Assembly: GCA_964409365.1 (NCBI GenBank)
Contig: CAYPCX010000006.1
Location: forward strand, 21,012-85,011
DNA length: 64,000 nt
Direction: 5' to 3'
From: an uncultured Planctomycetia bacterium
Lineage (GTDB): Bacteria; Omnitrophota; Gorgyraeia; Tantalellales; Tantalellaceae
Below the pieces are notes generated by a model that was given only the letters and a program-made list of their open reading frames with translations, did not search any database and was not told where the DNA came from. A program made the translations under genes and the position numbers. Of the stretch, positions 18,583-29,192 are shown in pieces (within the stretch, counting starts at the first letter, position 1; the number at the start of each line of letters is the position of its first letter).

Positions 18583-20679
18583 TTATCCTGTCTCCACCTG
18601 CTCGGCTTCGTTGTCGTTGTCCTCTCCCGGCTGCGGCAGTTTTCTGGTCGTGTAAGTACATTTCGGATAGTTAGTGCACCCGAAGAAAACACCCCTGCGG
18701 GATTTGCGTTCCACCAGCTCTCCGTCGCATCCTTCCATGGGGCACTTGACCCCGCTGGTTATGGATTTGGCGTTCTTGCAGGCCGGGAAACCCGAACAGC
18801 TCAGGAAACGGCCGCGCCTGCCCCACTTTATCACCATGGGCCTTCCGCATTTCTCGCATACCTGGTCGGTCTTTATCTCCTGGCGTTTCACGCTCTTCAT
18901 CCGTTCCCTGGCTTCCTCGAGCTTTTTAGAAAAAGGCGCGTAAAAATCCTTGAGGACCTGGACCCAGCCGATATTGCCTTCCTCGACACCGTCAAGTTCG
19001 CTCTCCATTTTAGCGGTGAACTCCTCGTCCACGATGTCGGAAAAGTTCTCGACAAGCAGCTTGTTCACCAGTTCGCCAAGCTCGGTCGGCTGCAGGTATT
19101 TGCCGACGCGTTTTATGTAATTACGGTTGACGACCGTACGTATGATGGGAGCGTACGTGGATGGCCTGCCTATCCCTTTTTCTTCCAGTATCTTCACGAG
19201 CGAAGCGTCCGAATAACGCGGAGGCGGTTTAGTGAAATGCTGCTCCGGCACTAATTCCTTAAGGTCCAGGGCCTCCGCCTTCTCGAGAGGAGGCAGCTCT
19301 TCTATCTCCTCTGCGTTTTCGCCGCCTTCCCTGTACACGCGCAAGAATCCGTCGAAGATCAGGTGGCCGCCCCCCGCTCTGAACCTGTAGTCACCGGCAT
19401 CGATATTCACCGACAGCACTGAATACAGGGCGCTCGTCATCTGGCTCGATAGAAACCTGTTCCATATGAGGGTATAAAGCTTGAGTTCATCCGGACTGAG
19501 ATACTTGGCCACTTTCTGCGGGTGCCTCAGCGGAAGCGTCGGCCGTATGGCTTCATGGGCCTCTTGTGCTCTTTTCTTGGACTTGTACTTAGGGGGTGTT
19601 GCGGGACGATATTTTTCCCCGTATTTGTCCACTATATATTCACGGACCTCTTTTTGCGCGTCGTTCGATACACGCACGGAATCCGTGCGCATGTACGTGA
19701 TGAGACCTTCGCTGCCTTCGGGCCCGAGCTCCACGCCCTCGTACAGCGTTTGCGCCACGCGCATGGTCTTGCTGGCGGAAAAGTTCAGCTTGTTGAACGC
19801 GTCCTGCTGGAGAACGGAAGTGGTATAAGGGGACCTTGGATGGCTTTTTTTGTCTTTCCTGTTTATATCGGTGACGATGAAATCCGCTTTTTTCAGGTCC
19901 TCTACTATTTCATCCGCCTTTTTCTTGTCGGACACCTGTATCTTTTCGCCCTTATATTTGGCGAGCTTTGCCTTGAAGGGCGGATACTCGCCTTTCTTCT
20001 TTTTAAGTATGGCGTCCACGCTCCAGTATTCCTGCGGTTTGAACTTTCGTATCTGGTCTTCCCTTTCCGCTATGAGCCGCACCGCCACTGACTGCACCCT
20101 GCCCGCGCTCAGGCCCCTGGTAACCTTTCCCCACAGGAGCGGGCTCAGCGAATAGCCTACTATCCTGTCCATTATCCTTCTGGCCTGCTGGGCGTTCACC
20201 TTGTTCATGTCCAGGTCCCCCGGATGTTCAAAAGCTTCTCTTACCGCCTTCTCGGTGATCTCCTCGAAGCTCACTCTGTATACTCCGATGGACTTCTTCT
20301 GGAGCTGGTTCCGCAGATGCCAGCATATGGCTTCGCCTTCACGATCCGGGTCCGCCGCCAGGTATATGGCCTCTACGTCTTTCGCTTCCTTTTTTAGAGA
20401 GCTCAGATATTTTTTCCGGCCTTTCATGATGGTGTATTCCGGCTTGAAGTCCTTATCGAAATCCACGCCCATCTTATCCTCGGGCAGGTCCACTATATGC
20501 CCCATGCTCGCCAGGACCTTGTAATCTTTCCCCAGGATCTTGTTTATAGTTTTGGACTTGGCCGGTGACTCCACTATCACCAGGTATTTACTGCCCTTAA
20601 ACCCGGCCTTCACGATTTTCGAAGCCTTTGCGGTCGTCGCCGGTTTAGCCGTTTTAGCGGTCTTTTTCTTGGCTGACAT
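18583..20679 (-). CDS. topA: DNA topoisomerase I with C-terminal Zn-finger repeats
   Basis: Toprim/TopoIA motifs and four CxxC Zn ribbons at the C-terminus. Start placed at MSAKKK (20679), which has an AAAGGAG SD. Confidence 0.85.
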   Translation of the reverse strand: MSAKKKTAKTAKPATTAKASKIVKAGFKGSKYLVIVESPAKSKTINKILGKDYKVLASMGHIVDLPEDKMGVDFDKDFKPEYTIMKGRKKYLSSLKKEAKDVEAIYLAADPDREGEAICWHLRNQLQKKSIGVYRVSFEEITEKAVREAFEHPGDLDMNKVNAQQARRIMDRIVGYSLSPLLWGKVTRGLSAGRVQSVAVRLIAEREDQIRKFKPQEYWSVDAILKKKKGEYPPFKAKLAKYKGEKIQVSDKKKADEIVEDLKKADFIVTDINRKDKKSHPRSPYTTSVLQQDAFNKLNFSASKTMRVAQTLYEGVELGPEGSEGLITYMRTDSVRVSNDAQKEVREYIVDKYGEKYRPATPPKYKSKKRAQEAHEAIRPTLPLRHPQKVAKYLSPDELKLYTLIWNRFLSSQMTSALYSVLSVNIDAGDYRFRAGGGHLIFDGFLRVYREGGENAEEIEELPPLEKAEALDLKELVPEQHFTKPPPRYSDASLVKILEEKGIGRPSTYAPIIRTVVNRNYIKRVGKYLQPTELGELVNKLLVENFSDIVDEEFTAKMESELDGVEEGNIGWVQVLKDFYAPFSKKLEEARERMKSVKRQEIKTDQVCEKCGRPMVIKWGRRGRFLSCSGFPACKNAKSITSGVKCPMEGCDGELVERKSRRGVFFGCTNYPKCTYTTRKLPQPGEDNDNEAEQVETG

Positions 20680-20695
20680 ATAGTTCCGCTCCTTT

Positions 20696-21835
20696 TTAGA
20701 GTATTGAGTTTTGAGTATCACGTATCGAGTATCGGGATCCGGCCTCGGCCTTCACAAAACCCTTGATCTCCATCCTGAGAAGCTCCTCTGCCAATTCGCT
20801 CAGATCGATATTCGTAAGTTCCGAAATAAGATCTATATGTGCCGGGCCTTTCTCCAGCGCATCAAGGACCTTAAGCCCGTTTTTCCCGATCTTTCGCCGG
20901 TGTTCCCTGCGGTTTTCTTCGGTTTCACCCTTACCCCTGAGACCCGAGACCTGGAACCTGCGACCCGGATCAAGGTCCTCCAGAATATCATCGGCGCTCA
21001 TCACAAGCTTCGCGCCGTTCTGTATAAGCTCGTTAGTGCCTCCTGATGTAAGGGAATCCGCCCTTCCCGGAACGGCGAAGACCTCTCTTCCCTGGTCGAG
21101 AGCGAGATCCACGGTTATCATGGCCCCGCTTTTCCTTGTCGCTTCCACTACGACCACGCCTTTCGCCATGCCGCTTATTATCCTGTTCCTTCTCGGAAAA
21201 TTACCTCTTTCAGGAAACGTATCCGAAGTGTATTCGGTCAGTACCGCCCCGCTCTCGCATATGGCGGAAAAAAGCTTCCCGGACCCGGGAGGATAGACGT
21301 GCCCGAACCCGCTTCCCATGACCGCGACCGTACGCCCTCCGGCCCTGAGCGCGCCCCTGTGCGCGGCCGAGTCTATGCCTCTTGCCATGCCGCTTATAAC
21401 GGTAACGCCTTTCACGGCAAGAGCGAAGGCAAGCTGTTCCGCCATCTGAAGGCCGTACAACGAACAGCGTCTTGACCCTACAATGGCCACCGCGTTCGCC
21501 TCATCCCCCTGGAGCTTCCCTTTACAAAAAAGGACCGCCGGAGGATCGTATATATCCATGAGGACCTCAGGATATCCCCGTGTGCCGTAACACAGCAGGG
21601 TGATACCTTCTTTTTCGATATATTCCAGTTCCTCCGCTAATTTACGGGAATCCCTTGCCGCTTTTACCGCGGCCGTATCGGAAAAACGTCCGCCCGTCAG
21701 CTCCGCCAGGCGACGCGCCGGCATCGTGAACACCTCCTCGGTGTCATCTACGTCCCTGAGGATCTTAACTATGCTTCTGGCGCCGAGCCCCTTCGTAAGA
21801 GCGAGCGCCATTATGTCACGATCAACCTTATCCAA
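20696..21835 (-). CDS. dprA: DNA processing protein A
   Basis: DprA/Smf Rossmann-like domain (GIDSAAHRGAL...). Confidence 0.85.
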   Translation of the reverse strand: MDKVDRDIMALALTKGLGARSIVKILRDVDDTEEVFTMPARRLAELTGGRFSDTAAVKAARDSRKLAEELEYIEKEGITLLCYGTRGYPEVLMDIYDPPAVLFCKGKLQGDEANAVAIVGSRRCSLYGLQMAEQLAFALAVKGVTVISGMARGIDSAAHRGALRAGGRTVAVMGSGFGHVYPPGSGKLFSAICESGAVLTEYTSDTFPERGNFPRRNRIISGMAKGVVVVEATRKSGAMITVDLALDQGREVFAVPGRADSLTSGGTNELIQNGAKLVMSADDILEDLDPGRRFQVSGLRGKGETEENRREHRRKIGKNGLKVLDALEKGPAHIDLISELTNIDLSELAEELLRMEIKGFVKAEAGSRYSIRDTQNSIL

Positions 21836-22859
21836 CGCTCTTCCTTTTGAACTTTCCCTTTCTTACCATCTCCAGGAATATCTCCGTAACACGGGGATCG
21901 AACTTGCGCCCCTTTTCGTTCTCCATTATCGCCATGGCTTCCTTTCTGGAGAAACCCCTGCGGTACGGGCGATCCGCAGTAAGGGCCTCGAACACGTCCG
22001 CCACGGTCAGCACCCTTGACTCCAGCGGTATATTCTCTCCTCTGACGCCGTTCGGGTAGCCGCTGCCGTCGTAATTCTCATGGTGGTTCGACATTATAGG
22101 TATTATCTCGTCGAGGAAGTTCACCATGCTCACTACCTCGGACCCCCATCGGGGATGTTTTTTGATCTCGTCGAACTCTTCCTTGGTAAGCCTTCCCTCC
22201 TTGAAAAGTATCCTTTCGTCGATCGCGAGCTTCCCCAGGTCATGGAGGAGCGCGGCGATCTTGAGCCTTTCTATTTTCACCTTGCTCAGCCCTATCCTTT
22301 TGCCCAAGGCCACGGCGAACCTCATGACCCTGACGGAATGTTCGGCCGTCTCGGGGTCACTGTGCCTCGAAGCGCCGAACAATGTCTCGACTATCTCCTT
22401 GTACGCCTTTTCGAGTTTCCTCCGGGTAGGTGCGTGTATCTTTACCTTCCGGTCGAAACTGTATTTACCCTCGCGGCCTATGAACATGAAAAGATCGGAC
22501 CGTTTCTGCCTCAGGGGGATGCCGATCCAGTACATGTACTTTTCGCGGCCTTTCGATCTCACGGTGGTCTCGAACATGCAAAGGGTCTTGCTTTTTCTTA
22601 TGTTCGCGAACACGCCTCTTATGACCTTGTTCCATGGCTCCGGTATAATGCTCCGTATCCAATCTTTCCCGATGATAGACTTTTCCGAAACGCGGAAAAG
22701 TTCACGGTACCTGCTGTTCACGAACACCACGCGCGCCTTCGCGTCGGAGACCATCACGGAAGCGTCCATGTTCTCTATCAGCTTCCCGAAGAACAGCCCC
22801 CACAGGATCCTGTTCCGGTCGGTCTTTTTAGCTTTCTTTCCGCTCATCTTCTTTTTCAT
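21828..22859 (-). CDS. PAS-domain HD-GYP phosphodiesterase (c-di-GMP)
   Basis: HDLGK and HHENYDGSGYP motifs, with an N-terminal PAS-like region. Confidence 0.7.
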   Translation of the reverse strand: MKKKMSGKKAKKTDRNRILWGLFFGKLIENMDASVMVSDAKARVVFVNSRYRELFRVSEKSIIGKDWIRSIIPEPWNKVIRGVFANIRKSKTLCMFETTVRSKGREKYMYWIGIPLRQKRSDLFMFIGREGKYSFDRKVKIHAPTRRKLEKAYKEIVETLFGASRHSDPETAEHSVRVMRFAVALGKRIGLSKVKIERLKIAALLHDLGKLAIDERILFKEGRLTKEEFDEIKKHPRWGSEVVSMVNFLDEIIPIMSNHHENYDGSGYPNGVRGENIPLESRVLTVADVFEALTADRPYRRGFSRKEAMAIMENEKGRKFDPRVTEIFLEMVRKGKFKRKSVG

Positions 22860-23358
22860 CCGCCATTAACCCCTTTATCAATTTCACCACCCCGTTAACA
22901 TCCAGGTCGGCCGTGTTGATGTGAATATCGGCCTTTTCGTAAAAAGGGCTCCGGTACTCCATCAGTTCCTCGATCCGCTTTTTCGGGTCCTCCACGTTCA
23001 AAAGCGGCCTGTGCCCGTGCTTTACCGTGCGCTCATAAATAGTATCAAGGTCGGCCCAGAGACAAATGATAACGCCGTTCTTCCTCAAGTTCTCGATGTT
23101 CTTTTCGTCCAACACCACCCCGCCTCCGGCGTCTATCACCTGGTCCGCCTTTTCGCCGATCTGGCCTACGACCTCTTTCTCCACTTTGCGGAAATAAGGC
23201 TCTCCCTGGTCCTTGAAAATATCCTTGATGGGCTTCTTCTCCCTGGCTTCTATCAGGTCATCGGTGCTCACGTATTTCATGCCAAGGTCCCTTGCCAGGG
23301 CTTTCGCGACCACCGTCTTCCCCGTTCCCATAAACCCCACAATCGTTATATTTTTCAT
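22828..23358 (-). CDS. aroK: shikimate kinase
   Basis: MKNITIVGFMGTGKT P-loop. True start is the ATG at 23358. The track's upstream extension translates the repeat element. Confidence 0.85.
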   Translation of the reverse strand: MKNITIVGFMGTGKTVVAKALARDLGMKYVSTDDLIEAREKKPIKDIFKDQGEPYFRKVEKEVVGQIGEKADQVIDAGGGVVLDEKNIENLRKNGVIICLWADLDTIYERTVKHGHRPLLNVEDPKKRIEELMEYRSPFYEKADIHINTADLDVNGVVKLIKGLMADEKEDERKES

Positions 23359-23361
23359 AAT

Positions 23362-23477
23362 AATATATTCTGGGGACACGTCTGGTCGTCTACATGGCAT
23401 TTACACAGACGTGTCCCCAGAACCTCCGTTTTGTCAATCTACATGGCATTTACACAGACGTGTCCCCAGAACCTCCG
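23362..23477. repeat. family-A hairpin element, two tandem modules (one left arm, two loop plus right-arm modules, 49-bp period)
   Basis: aatatattCTGGGGACACGTCTG-gtcgtctacatggcatttaca-CAGACGTGTCCCCAG-aacctccgtt, then ttgtcaat-ctacatggcatttaca-CAGACGTGTCCCCAG-aacctccg, which abuts the aroC TAA stop. Confidence 0.85.
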
Positions 23478-24623
23478 TTACCTTTCTTTCAGCGTCTCCA
23501 TGTACGCGTCGTAATTCCTCCGCATCTCGCCTATCGAGTCCCTGCCGAACTTGTCCAGGAACGCCGAGGCCAGCTCTATCGCCACGGAGGCTTCCGCGAC
23601 CACCGCGCAGGCGGGCACGGCCGCGACATCGGCACGCTCTACCGCAGCTTTCGCCTTTTTCCCGGTGTCGACATCAACCGACGCCAGGGGTTTTCCAAGA
23701 GTGGCTATGGGCTTCATGAAACCCCTGACCACCACGGGCGCCCCGTTCGTCAGTCCGCCTTCTATTCCACCGGCATTGTTCGAGCCTCTGGTAAAAGTCC
23801 CCGTCTTCTCGTCATACCCTATCGGGTCATGCGTTTCGGAACCCTTCATGGAAGAACACTCTATGCCGCTGCCGATAGACACGGCTTTGACGGCCGGTAT
23901 GGACATCACCGCGCGGGCAAGCGCCCCGTCCATCCTCTTGTCCCACTGTGCATAACTGCCCAGCCCCGGCGGTACCCCCTCAGCGACTATCTCAAACGCG
24001 CCCCCGAGAGTGTCACCGGCTTCCCCGGCCTTGTCTATCTCTTTCTTCATGGCCTCAGCCGCTTTCTTGTCGGCGCACCTCACGTCGGAGGTCTCGGCCG
24101 ACTTGCGGATCTGGGCGACTGAAAGGCTTCCCGGGGCGGCTTTGACGGAACCGATAGCGGTCACGTGGCCGGCCACCTCTATCCCCAGCTCCCTGAGGAG
24201 TATCTTGGCCACGGCTCCCGCTGCCACGCGCGCTGCCGTTTCACGGGCACTGGCCCTTTCGAGCACGTTCCTGGCATCGGAAAAACCGTGCTTGAGCATG
24301 CCCGCAAGGTCCGCATGCCCGGGCCTCGGACATTTTATATCGGCAAGGTCCTCGATCTTGTAGTCCTTATTTTCTATGAGCATGGCGACGGGGCTGCCGA
24401 TCGTTATCCCCTTGCGGGAGCCGGATATTATCTCCGCCTTGTCGCTCTCGATCCGCATGCGGCCTCCCCTGCCATAGCCGGTCATTCTCCTGGCAAGCTC
24501 CCCGTTGATGAAATTTTCATCAAGCTTGATGCCGGCTGGTACGCCGTCAAGAATGGCCACGAGACCCTTCCCGTGTGATTCTCCTGCAGTCATGTACCTG
24601 AGCATGGTCAACTCCTTTTCCAT
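23478..24623 (-). CDS. aroC: chorismate synthase
   Basis: 381 aa AroC family. Confidence 0.9.
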   Translation of the reverse strand: MEKELTMLRYMTAGESHGKGLVAILDGVPAGIKLDENFINGELARRMTGYGRGGRMRIESDKAEIISGSRKGITIGSPVAMLIENKDYKIEDLADIKCPRPGHADLAGMLKHGFSDARNVLERASARETAARVAAGAVAKILLRELGIEVAGHVTAIGSVKAAPGSLSVAQIRKSAETSDVRCADKKAAEAMKKEIDKAGEAGDTLGGAFEIVAEGVPPGLGSYAQWDKRMDGALARAVMSIPAVKAVSIGSGIECSSMKGSETHDPIGYDEKTGTFTRGSNNAGGIEGGLTNGAPVVVRGFMKPIATLGKPLASVDVDTGKKAKAAVERADVAAVPACAVVAEASVAIELASAFLDKFGRDSIGEMRRNYDAYMETLKER

Positions 24624-24625
24624 TT

Positions 24626-24656
24626 ATACATCGGGTGTATAATACACCCGATGTAT
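24626..24656. repeat. family-B palindromic hairpin (ATACATCGGGTGTAT/ATACACCCGATGTAT) filling the pilD-aroC junction
   Basis: Perfect 15-bp arms around a single nucleotide. The same arms are seen at 60980-61005, with a covarying centre. Confidence 0.8.
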
Positions 24657-24658
24657 AG

Positions 24659-25426
24659 TTAAAACACGAACAAATGATCCAGTATCTTATATCCGTAAAA
24701 AAGACTGATAAGCGCGCCGAGCGCCAGATACGGCGCGTAAGGTATCGCGTCCTTCTGTCTCCTGAATTTCATGAAAAGACCTATACCCAGCCCCAGCACG
24801 GGCGCGATAAAGAACGTAAGAAGCACCAGCTTCCACCCGAGCAAAGCCCCGATCATGGCCATCAGCTTCATGTCCCCGCCGCCCAGCGCTTCCCTGCGAA
24901 ATATGAGTTCACCCACGACGCCGAGCAGGAACATGCTTCCTCCGCCGGCCAGTATACCGAACACCGAATCGACGAAAGACGCCAGGTAAGAAACGGAACC
25001 GTCCAGCCTGAACACGGTCATCAGCACCGCCGCTACCGCTATGCCCGGCACCGTTATCACGTCGGGTATTTCCTGGTGCTCGATATCGATAAAAACGACG
25101 GTTATCAAAGCGCACGTGAAAAGCCCGTACACAAAGAACTCGGCGCTGAAAGTAAAATAATATAAGAGGAGCATACCGCTCAGGGCGGTGATGAGCTCCA
25201 CTATAAAATACCTCACCGGGATGTGGTCACCGCAATGACGGCACCTGTTCTTCAGGACCACATAACTTATTAAAGGAATGTTGTCATACCACAGTATGGG
25301 ATGCTTGCAGCCCGGACAATGGGAAGGCGGCCAGATTATCGACTTCCCGAGCGGGAGCCTGTAGATGCAGACGTTCAGAAAACTTCCTACACAAGCCCCA
25401 AGAATAAATGCAAGAAAATACCCCAT
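24659..25426 (-). CDS. pilD: prepilin peptidase (A24 family)
   Basis: N-terminal CxxC...CxxC Zn motif and polytopic A24 peptidase architecture. Confidence 0.8.
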   Translation of the reverse strand: MGYFLAFILGACVGSFLNVCIYRLPLGKSIIWPPSHCPGCKHPILWYDNIPLISYVVLKNRCRHCGDHIPVRYFIVELITALSGMLLLYYFTFSAEFFVYGLFTCALITVVFIDIEHQEIPDVITVPGIAVAAVLMTVFRLDGSVSYLASFVDSVFGILAGGGSMFLLGVVGELIFRREALGGGDMKLMAMIGALLGWKLVLLTFFIAPVLGLGIGLFMKFRRQKDAIPYAPYLALGALISLFYGYKILDHLFVF

Positions 25427-26350
25427 CTACCTCTTCTTCAACTCCTCCAGGGCCGCTTCTTTCATGACCTTTTTAACCTCGTCAAAAGGCATTCCCGTCC
25501 AGATCTCAAAGGCCTTGGCGCCCTGATTCACGAGCATGCCAAGCCCGCCGGAAGCGACCAGTCCCTTTTCTTTCGTTTTCTTCACCAGTTCCGTCTCGCG
25601 GGCGTACACCAGGTCATAGACCACCGCCCCGTCCTTCAGATGAGCGACGTCCACGGGGGAAGGATCCCCTTCTTTCGTACCGAGCGGTGTAGCGTTCACG
25701 ACAAGATCGCATTTGGCGACGTTCACGGCCACATCGGCCGCGTCTTCAATAGCGAACAGCTTGACGCCTGAATCTCTGAAATGCTTTTCAAAATCATCTT
25801 TTAGAGCATTAAGAGCCGCCTTCGATATATCGTGGACATATATCCTTTTAGGTCTTTTTTCTTCGCGAAAAGCCAGATAAAGTGCTATTGCCCTGCCGGC
25901 TCCGCCTGCTCCGAAAATAAAAACATCTTTTCCCTTCGGGGCGAACCCGGTGTCATCCTCGAGAGAGGAACAAAAACCCTCGACATCGGTGTTGTACCCG
26001 GTAATATTTTCATCCTCCACTCTTACCGTATTCAAAGCTCCCGCTATTTTCACGAATTTCTTATACTTTGCCCCAAGAGGCGCTCCTTTTCCCTTGACCG
26101 CGACCTCCGGCCGCGACAACGCTTGTTTTACCCTTTCTTTATAAGGCACTGTAACATTGAAACCGCTTATCTCTCCGGCACGGACCCTGCTCTCGATAAA
26201 ATCAACAAGATCTTCTTCTGTTTCCACATCAAAAAGAACATACTCCGCCTGTATCCCGAAACGCCTGAACGCGGCATTATGCATCGCGGGGGACAGGGAA
26301 TAACCTATGTTCTTTCCCAGAAGGCCGTATAGCTTTTTCCCTTCCGCCAT
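25427..26350 (-). CDS. aroE: shikimate dehydrogenase
   Basis: 307 aa AroE family (GLLGKNIGYSLSP N-terminus, GAGGAGRA NADP site). Confidence 0.85.
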   Translation of the reverse strand: MAEGKKLYGLLGKNIGYSLSPAMHNAAFRRFGIQAEYVLFDVETEEDLVDFIESRVRAGEISGFNVTVPYKERVKQALSRPEVAVKGKGAPLGAKYKKFVKIAGALNTVRVEDENITGYNTDVEGFCSSLEDDTGFAPKGKDVFIFGAGGAGRAIALYLAFREEKRPKRIYVHDISKAALNALKDDFEKHFRDSGVKLFAIEDAADVAVNVAKCDLVVNATPLGTKEGDPSPVDVAHLKDGAVVYDLVYARETELVKKTKEKGLVASGGLGMLVNQGAKAFEIWTGMPFDEVKKVMKEAALEELKKR

Positions 26351-26443
26351 CGTATCCCTTTAAAGAGGCCAAAGGCCTGAACGCCGGGGAATACCCTTAA
26401 AGATGTCTTATCCCAGACGCCAGGCCCCCTGGACCCTGTTACG

Positions 26444-27991
26444 TTATTTTCCGCTTTTTTTTCTTTGCTTCAGTTTTTTCTTTCTCAGCGCCAGGCGGTT
26501 TATAGCGTTCACATAGGCCAGGACGCTCGCCTCGATGATGTCCGTGCTCGAGCCCCTGCCTATCACGACCTCGTCACGGAAAGCCACCTTCACGCTGACC
26601 TCTCCCAGCGCGTCCTTCCCGCTGGTGACCGCGTTCACCTTGTAATCCATGAGCTTTCCCTTGTGCCCTACCGCCTTGTCGATCGTTTTAAAACACGCAT
26701 CTATGGGGCCGTCACCGGTAGCGGACGCTTTTACGGGTTTTTTGTCTTTCACGAGTTCTACGCTCGCCAGCGGCACTATCTTGTTGCCGCTCGTCACCTG
26801 AAAGTTGCGGAGCTTGTAATCTTCGGGAATGGTCGCCAGCTCATCTTCGACGATCGTAGCCAGGTCCTCGTCGAAGACCTTCCTTTTTTTATCGGCGAGG
26901 GCCTTGAAACGCGTGAACGCCTGGTTAAGTTCCTTCTCCGAAAGCGAATATCCCAGCTCCTTCAACCTCGCTGAAAAGGCGTGCCTGCCCGAGAGCTTGC
27001 CGAGGACTATCTTGCTCCCCTTGAAGCCCACATCCTGGGGTTTGATGATCTCGTAAGTAACTCTTTTTTTGAGCACACCGTCCTGGTGGATACCGGATTC
27101 GTGGGCGAACGCGTTATCCCCTATTATGGCCTTGTTCGGCTGCACGGTGATACCCGTCAGCTTGCTCACCAGACGGCTTGTCTTATACAGCTCCCTGGTA
27201 TTGATGTTCGTGATGAGGCCCCCATACATGTCCCTGCGCATGTTAAGTCCCATAACGATCTCTTCAAGCGAGGCGTTGCCCGCCCTCTCGCCAAGGCCGT
27301 TAATGGTACACTCCACCTGCCGCGCACCGTTCATAACAGCCGCGAGCGAGTTGCTCACGCCGAGCCCCAGGTCGTTGTGACAATGCACACTGATGATAGC
27401 CTTGTTTATATTGGGGACTGTCTCCATCAGGTAGCCTATCAGGTCGCCGAACTCCTGGGGTATGGAATACCCCACCGTGTCCGGTATGTTGACAGTCGTC
27501 GCCCCCGCCGCTATAACAGATTCCGTGACCTGCGCGAGGAAATCCCTCTCGGTCCTGGAAGCGTCCTCGGGCGAGAACTCGACGTCCGGCAGTTTCTTCC
27601 GGGCGTACTTCACCGCTTCCACGGAGGCCTTGAGTATCTCGTCCTTCGCTTTCCTCAACTTGTACTTCATGTGTATCTTGGAGGTGGCGAGAAAAACATG
27701 GATCCTCGGCCGCCTTGCTTTCTTCACCGCCTCATAAGCGTCGTCTATATCCCGTTTGGTCGCGCGCGCCAGGCCGCAGATCACGGGTTTGGTGACATGT
27801 TTGCTCACTGTCTTTACGGCTTCGAGATCACCGGGGCTTGTCCTCGGGAAACCCGCTTCGATAATATCCACACCGAGCTTTTCCAGCTGGTAAGCTATCT
27901 TGAGTTTCTCGTTGGTGGTAAGACTGGCGCCGGGGGTCTGTTCCCCGTCCCTCAGCGTCGTATCGAATATCAGGACCTTGTTTTTTTTCAT
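26444..27991 (-). CDS. leuA: 2-isopropylmalate synthase / (R)-citramalate synthase family
   Basis: LIFDTTLRDGEQTPG DRE-TIM N-terminus, HCHNDLG motif and C-terminal LeuA dimerisation domain. 515 aa. Confidence 0.8.
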   Translation of the reverse strand: MKKNKVLIFDTTLRDGEQTPGASLTTNEKLKIAYQLEKLGVDIIEAGFPRTSPGDLEAVKTVSKHVTKPVICGLARATKRDIDDAYEAVKKARRPRIHVFLATSKIHMKYKLRKAKDEILKASVEAVKYARKKLPDVEFSPEDASRTERDFLAQVTESVIAAGATTVNIPDTVGYSIPQEFGDLIGYLMETVPNINKAIISVHCHNDLGLGVSNSLAAVMNGARQVECTINGLGERAGNASLEEIVMGLNMRRDMYGGLITNINTRELYKTSRLVSKLTGITVQPNKAIIGDNAFAHESGIHQDGVLKKRVTYEIIKPQDVGFKGSKIVLGKLSGRHAFSARLKELGYSLSEKELNQAFTRFKALADKKRKVFDEDLATIVEDELATIPEDYKLRNFQVTSGNKIVPLASVELVKDKKPVKASATGDGPIDACFKTIDKAVGHKGKLMDYKVNAVTSGKDALGEVSVKVAFRDEVVIGRGSSTDIIEASVLAYVNAINRLALRKKKLKQRKKSGK

Positions 27992-28188
27992 GTCATTTCC
28001 TTTTCTCAGAAGACAGAAGTCAGATGTCAGAAATCAGATATTAGGTGTTTGGTGTTAGATATTAGTTATTAGTTTTTAGTTCTTAGTCGTACAACTCATA
28101 ACTCATAACTAACAACTCAACACTTGATACTTGTTACTTTATCCTTTATCCTTGTTACTTGTCTCTGTCCTCTGTCATCTGTCCTCTA
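27992..28188. repeat. about 28-unit degenerate heptamer tandem array filling the ilvC-leuA spacer; the two halves are roughly complementary
   Basis: cagaaga cagaagt cagatgt cagaaat cagatat taggtgt ttggtgt ... gttactt gtctctg tcctctg tcatctg. The units drift gradually; the 5' half is purine-rich and the 3' half pyrimidine-rich. Confidence 0.85.
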
Positions 28189-29175
28189 CTACATCCACGG
28201 CATCATGCCGCGAAGTTCTTCGCCGATCTTTTCTATCTCGTGCATCTTTTCGTCTTCCGTGATCTTGTTGTACTTCGGCCGCCCGCTCTGGTTCTCTTTT
28301 ATCCACTCTTCGGCGAACTCGCCCGACTGTATCTCCTTGAGTATCTTTTTCATCTCCTTGCGCGTATCGGCGTTGATGACCCGTTTACCCCTGGTGATGT
28401 CGCCGTATTCCGCCGTATCGGAGACCCTCTTCCTCATGCCGTAGATACCGTACTTGTAAATAAGGTCCGTTATCAGCTTGAGCTCGTGCAGGCATTCGAA
28501 GTAAGCTATCTCCGGCTGGTACCCCGCTTCGACAAGCGTGTCGAAACCGGCCTTTATCAGTTCCGAAGCGCCGCCGCAAAGCACCGTCTGCTCCCCGAAA
28601 AGATCGGTCTCCGTTTCTTCCTTGAACGTGGTCTCGATCACGCCGGCCCTTGTTCCGCCGATGGCCTTGGCGTACGCCAGGGCCTTGTCCCTGGCCCGGC
28701 CCGAATAATCCTGGAAAACAGCGATAAGGCACGGCACTCCCTTGCCCTGTTCGTACATCTCGCGGACCAGGGCGCCCGGGCCTTTGGGCGCGACCATGAA
28801 CACGTCCACGTTCCCCGGCGGGACTATCTGCTTGAAGTGTATATTGAACCCGTGAGAGAACGCCAGCGCGTTGCCTTCCGAAAGGTTCGCCTCTATACAG
28901 CTCGCGTATACCTTAGCCTGAACGTGATCCTGGGTCAGTATCTGGATTATATCAGCCTGCTTAGCGGCCTCTTCCGCGGCGAGGACCTCAAAACCGTCCT
29001 TTACGGCCAGCTCGTGGTTCGGCGTCCCTTCCAGCTCGCTTACCACGACGCTGATACCGCTGTCCCTCAGGTTAAGGGCCTGGCCGCGTCCCTGTATGCC
29101 GTAACCTATGATGGCGACCTTGAGGTCTTTGATCAGGTCCAGATCAGCGTCTTCGTCATAATACATCTTTGCCAT
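28189..29175 (-). CDS. ilvC: ketol-acid reductoisomerase
   Basis: 328 aa class I KARI ([19 protein letters not shown]). Confidence 0.9.
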   Translation of the reverse strand: MAKMYYDEDADLDLIKDLKVAIIGYGIQGRGQALNLRDSGISVVVSELEGTPNHELAVKDGFEVLAAEEAAKQADIIQILTQDHVQAKVYASCIEANLSEGNALAFSHGFNIHFKQIVPPGNVDVFMVAPKGPGALVREMYEQGKGVPCLIAVFQDYSGRARDKALAYAKAIGGTRAGVIETTFKEETETDLFGEQTVLCGGASELIKAGFDTLVEAGYQPEIAYFECLHELKLITDLIYKYGIYGMRKRVSDTAEYGDITRGKRVINADTRKEMKKILKEIQSGEFAEEWIKENQSGRPKYNKITEDEKMHEIEKIGEELRGMMPWM

Positions 29176-29192
29176 TTTTCCCCCTTTGATAT

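Noticed and set aside
17708-18661. N-terminal extensions in track ORFs (xerC to 18661, topA to 20721, aroK to 23400, thiL to 35373, metG to 41080, cysS to 45117, lysS to 60849)
   Set aside because: Extensions overlap upstream genes or repeats. They lack SDs and do not match family N-termini. Internal ATGs with SDs were chosen instead.
23213-23719. Plus-strand ORFs (23213..23719, 22921..23514, 35201..35566, 35388..35795, 62854..63279) sharing peptide stretches such as IYSGDTSGRLH..YTDVSPEP
   Set aside because: They are translations of the family-A DNA repeat. The locus-1 copy has a different loop that destroys the peptide. Stem covariation indicates a structural, non-coding element. The surrounding frames are antisense to real genes.
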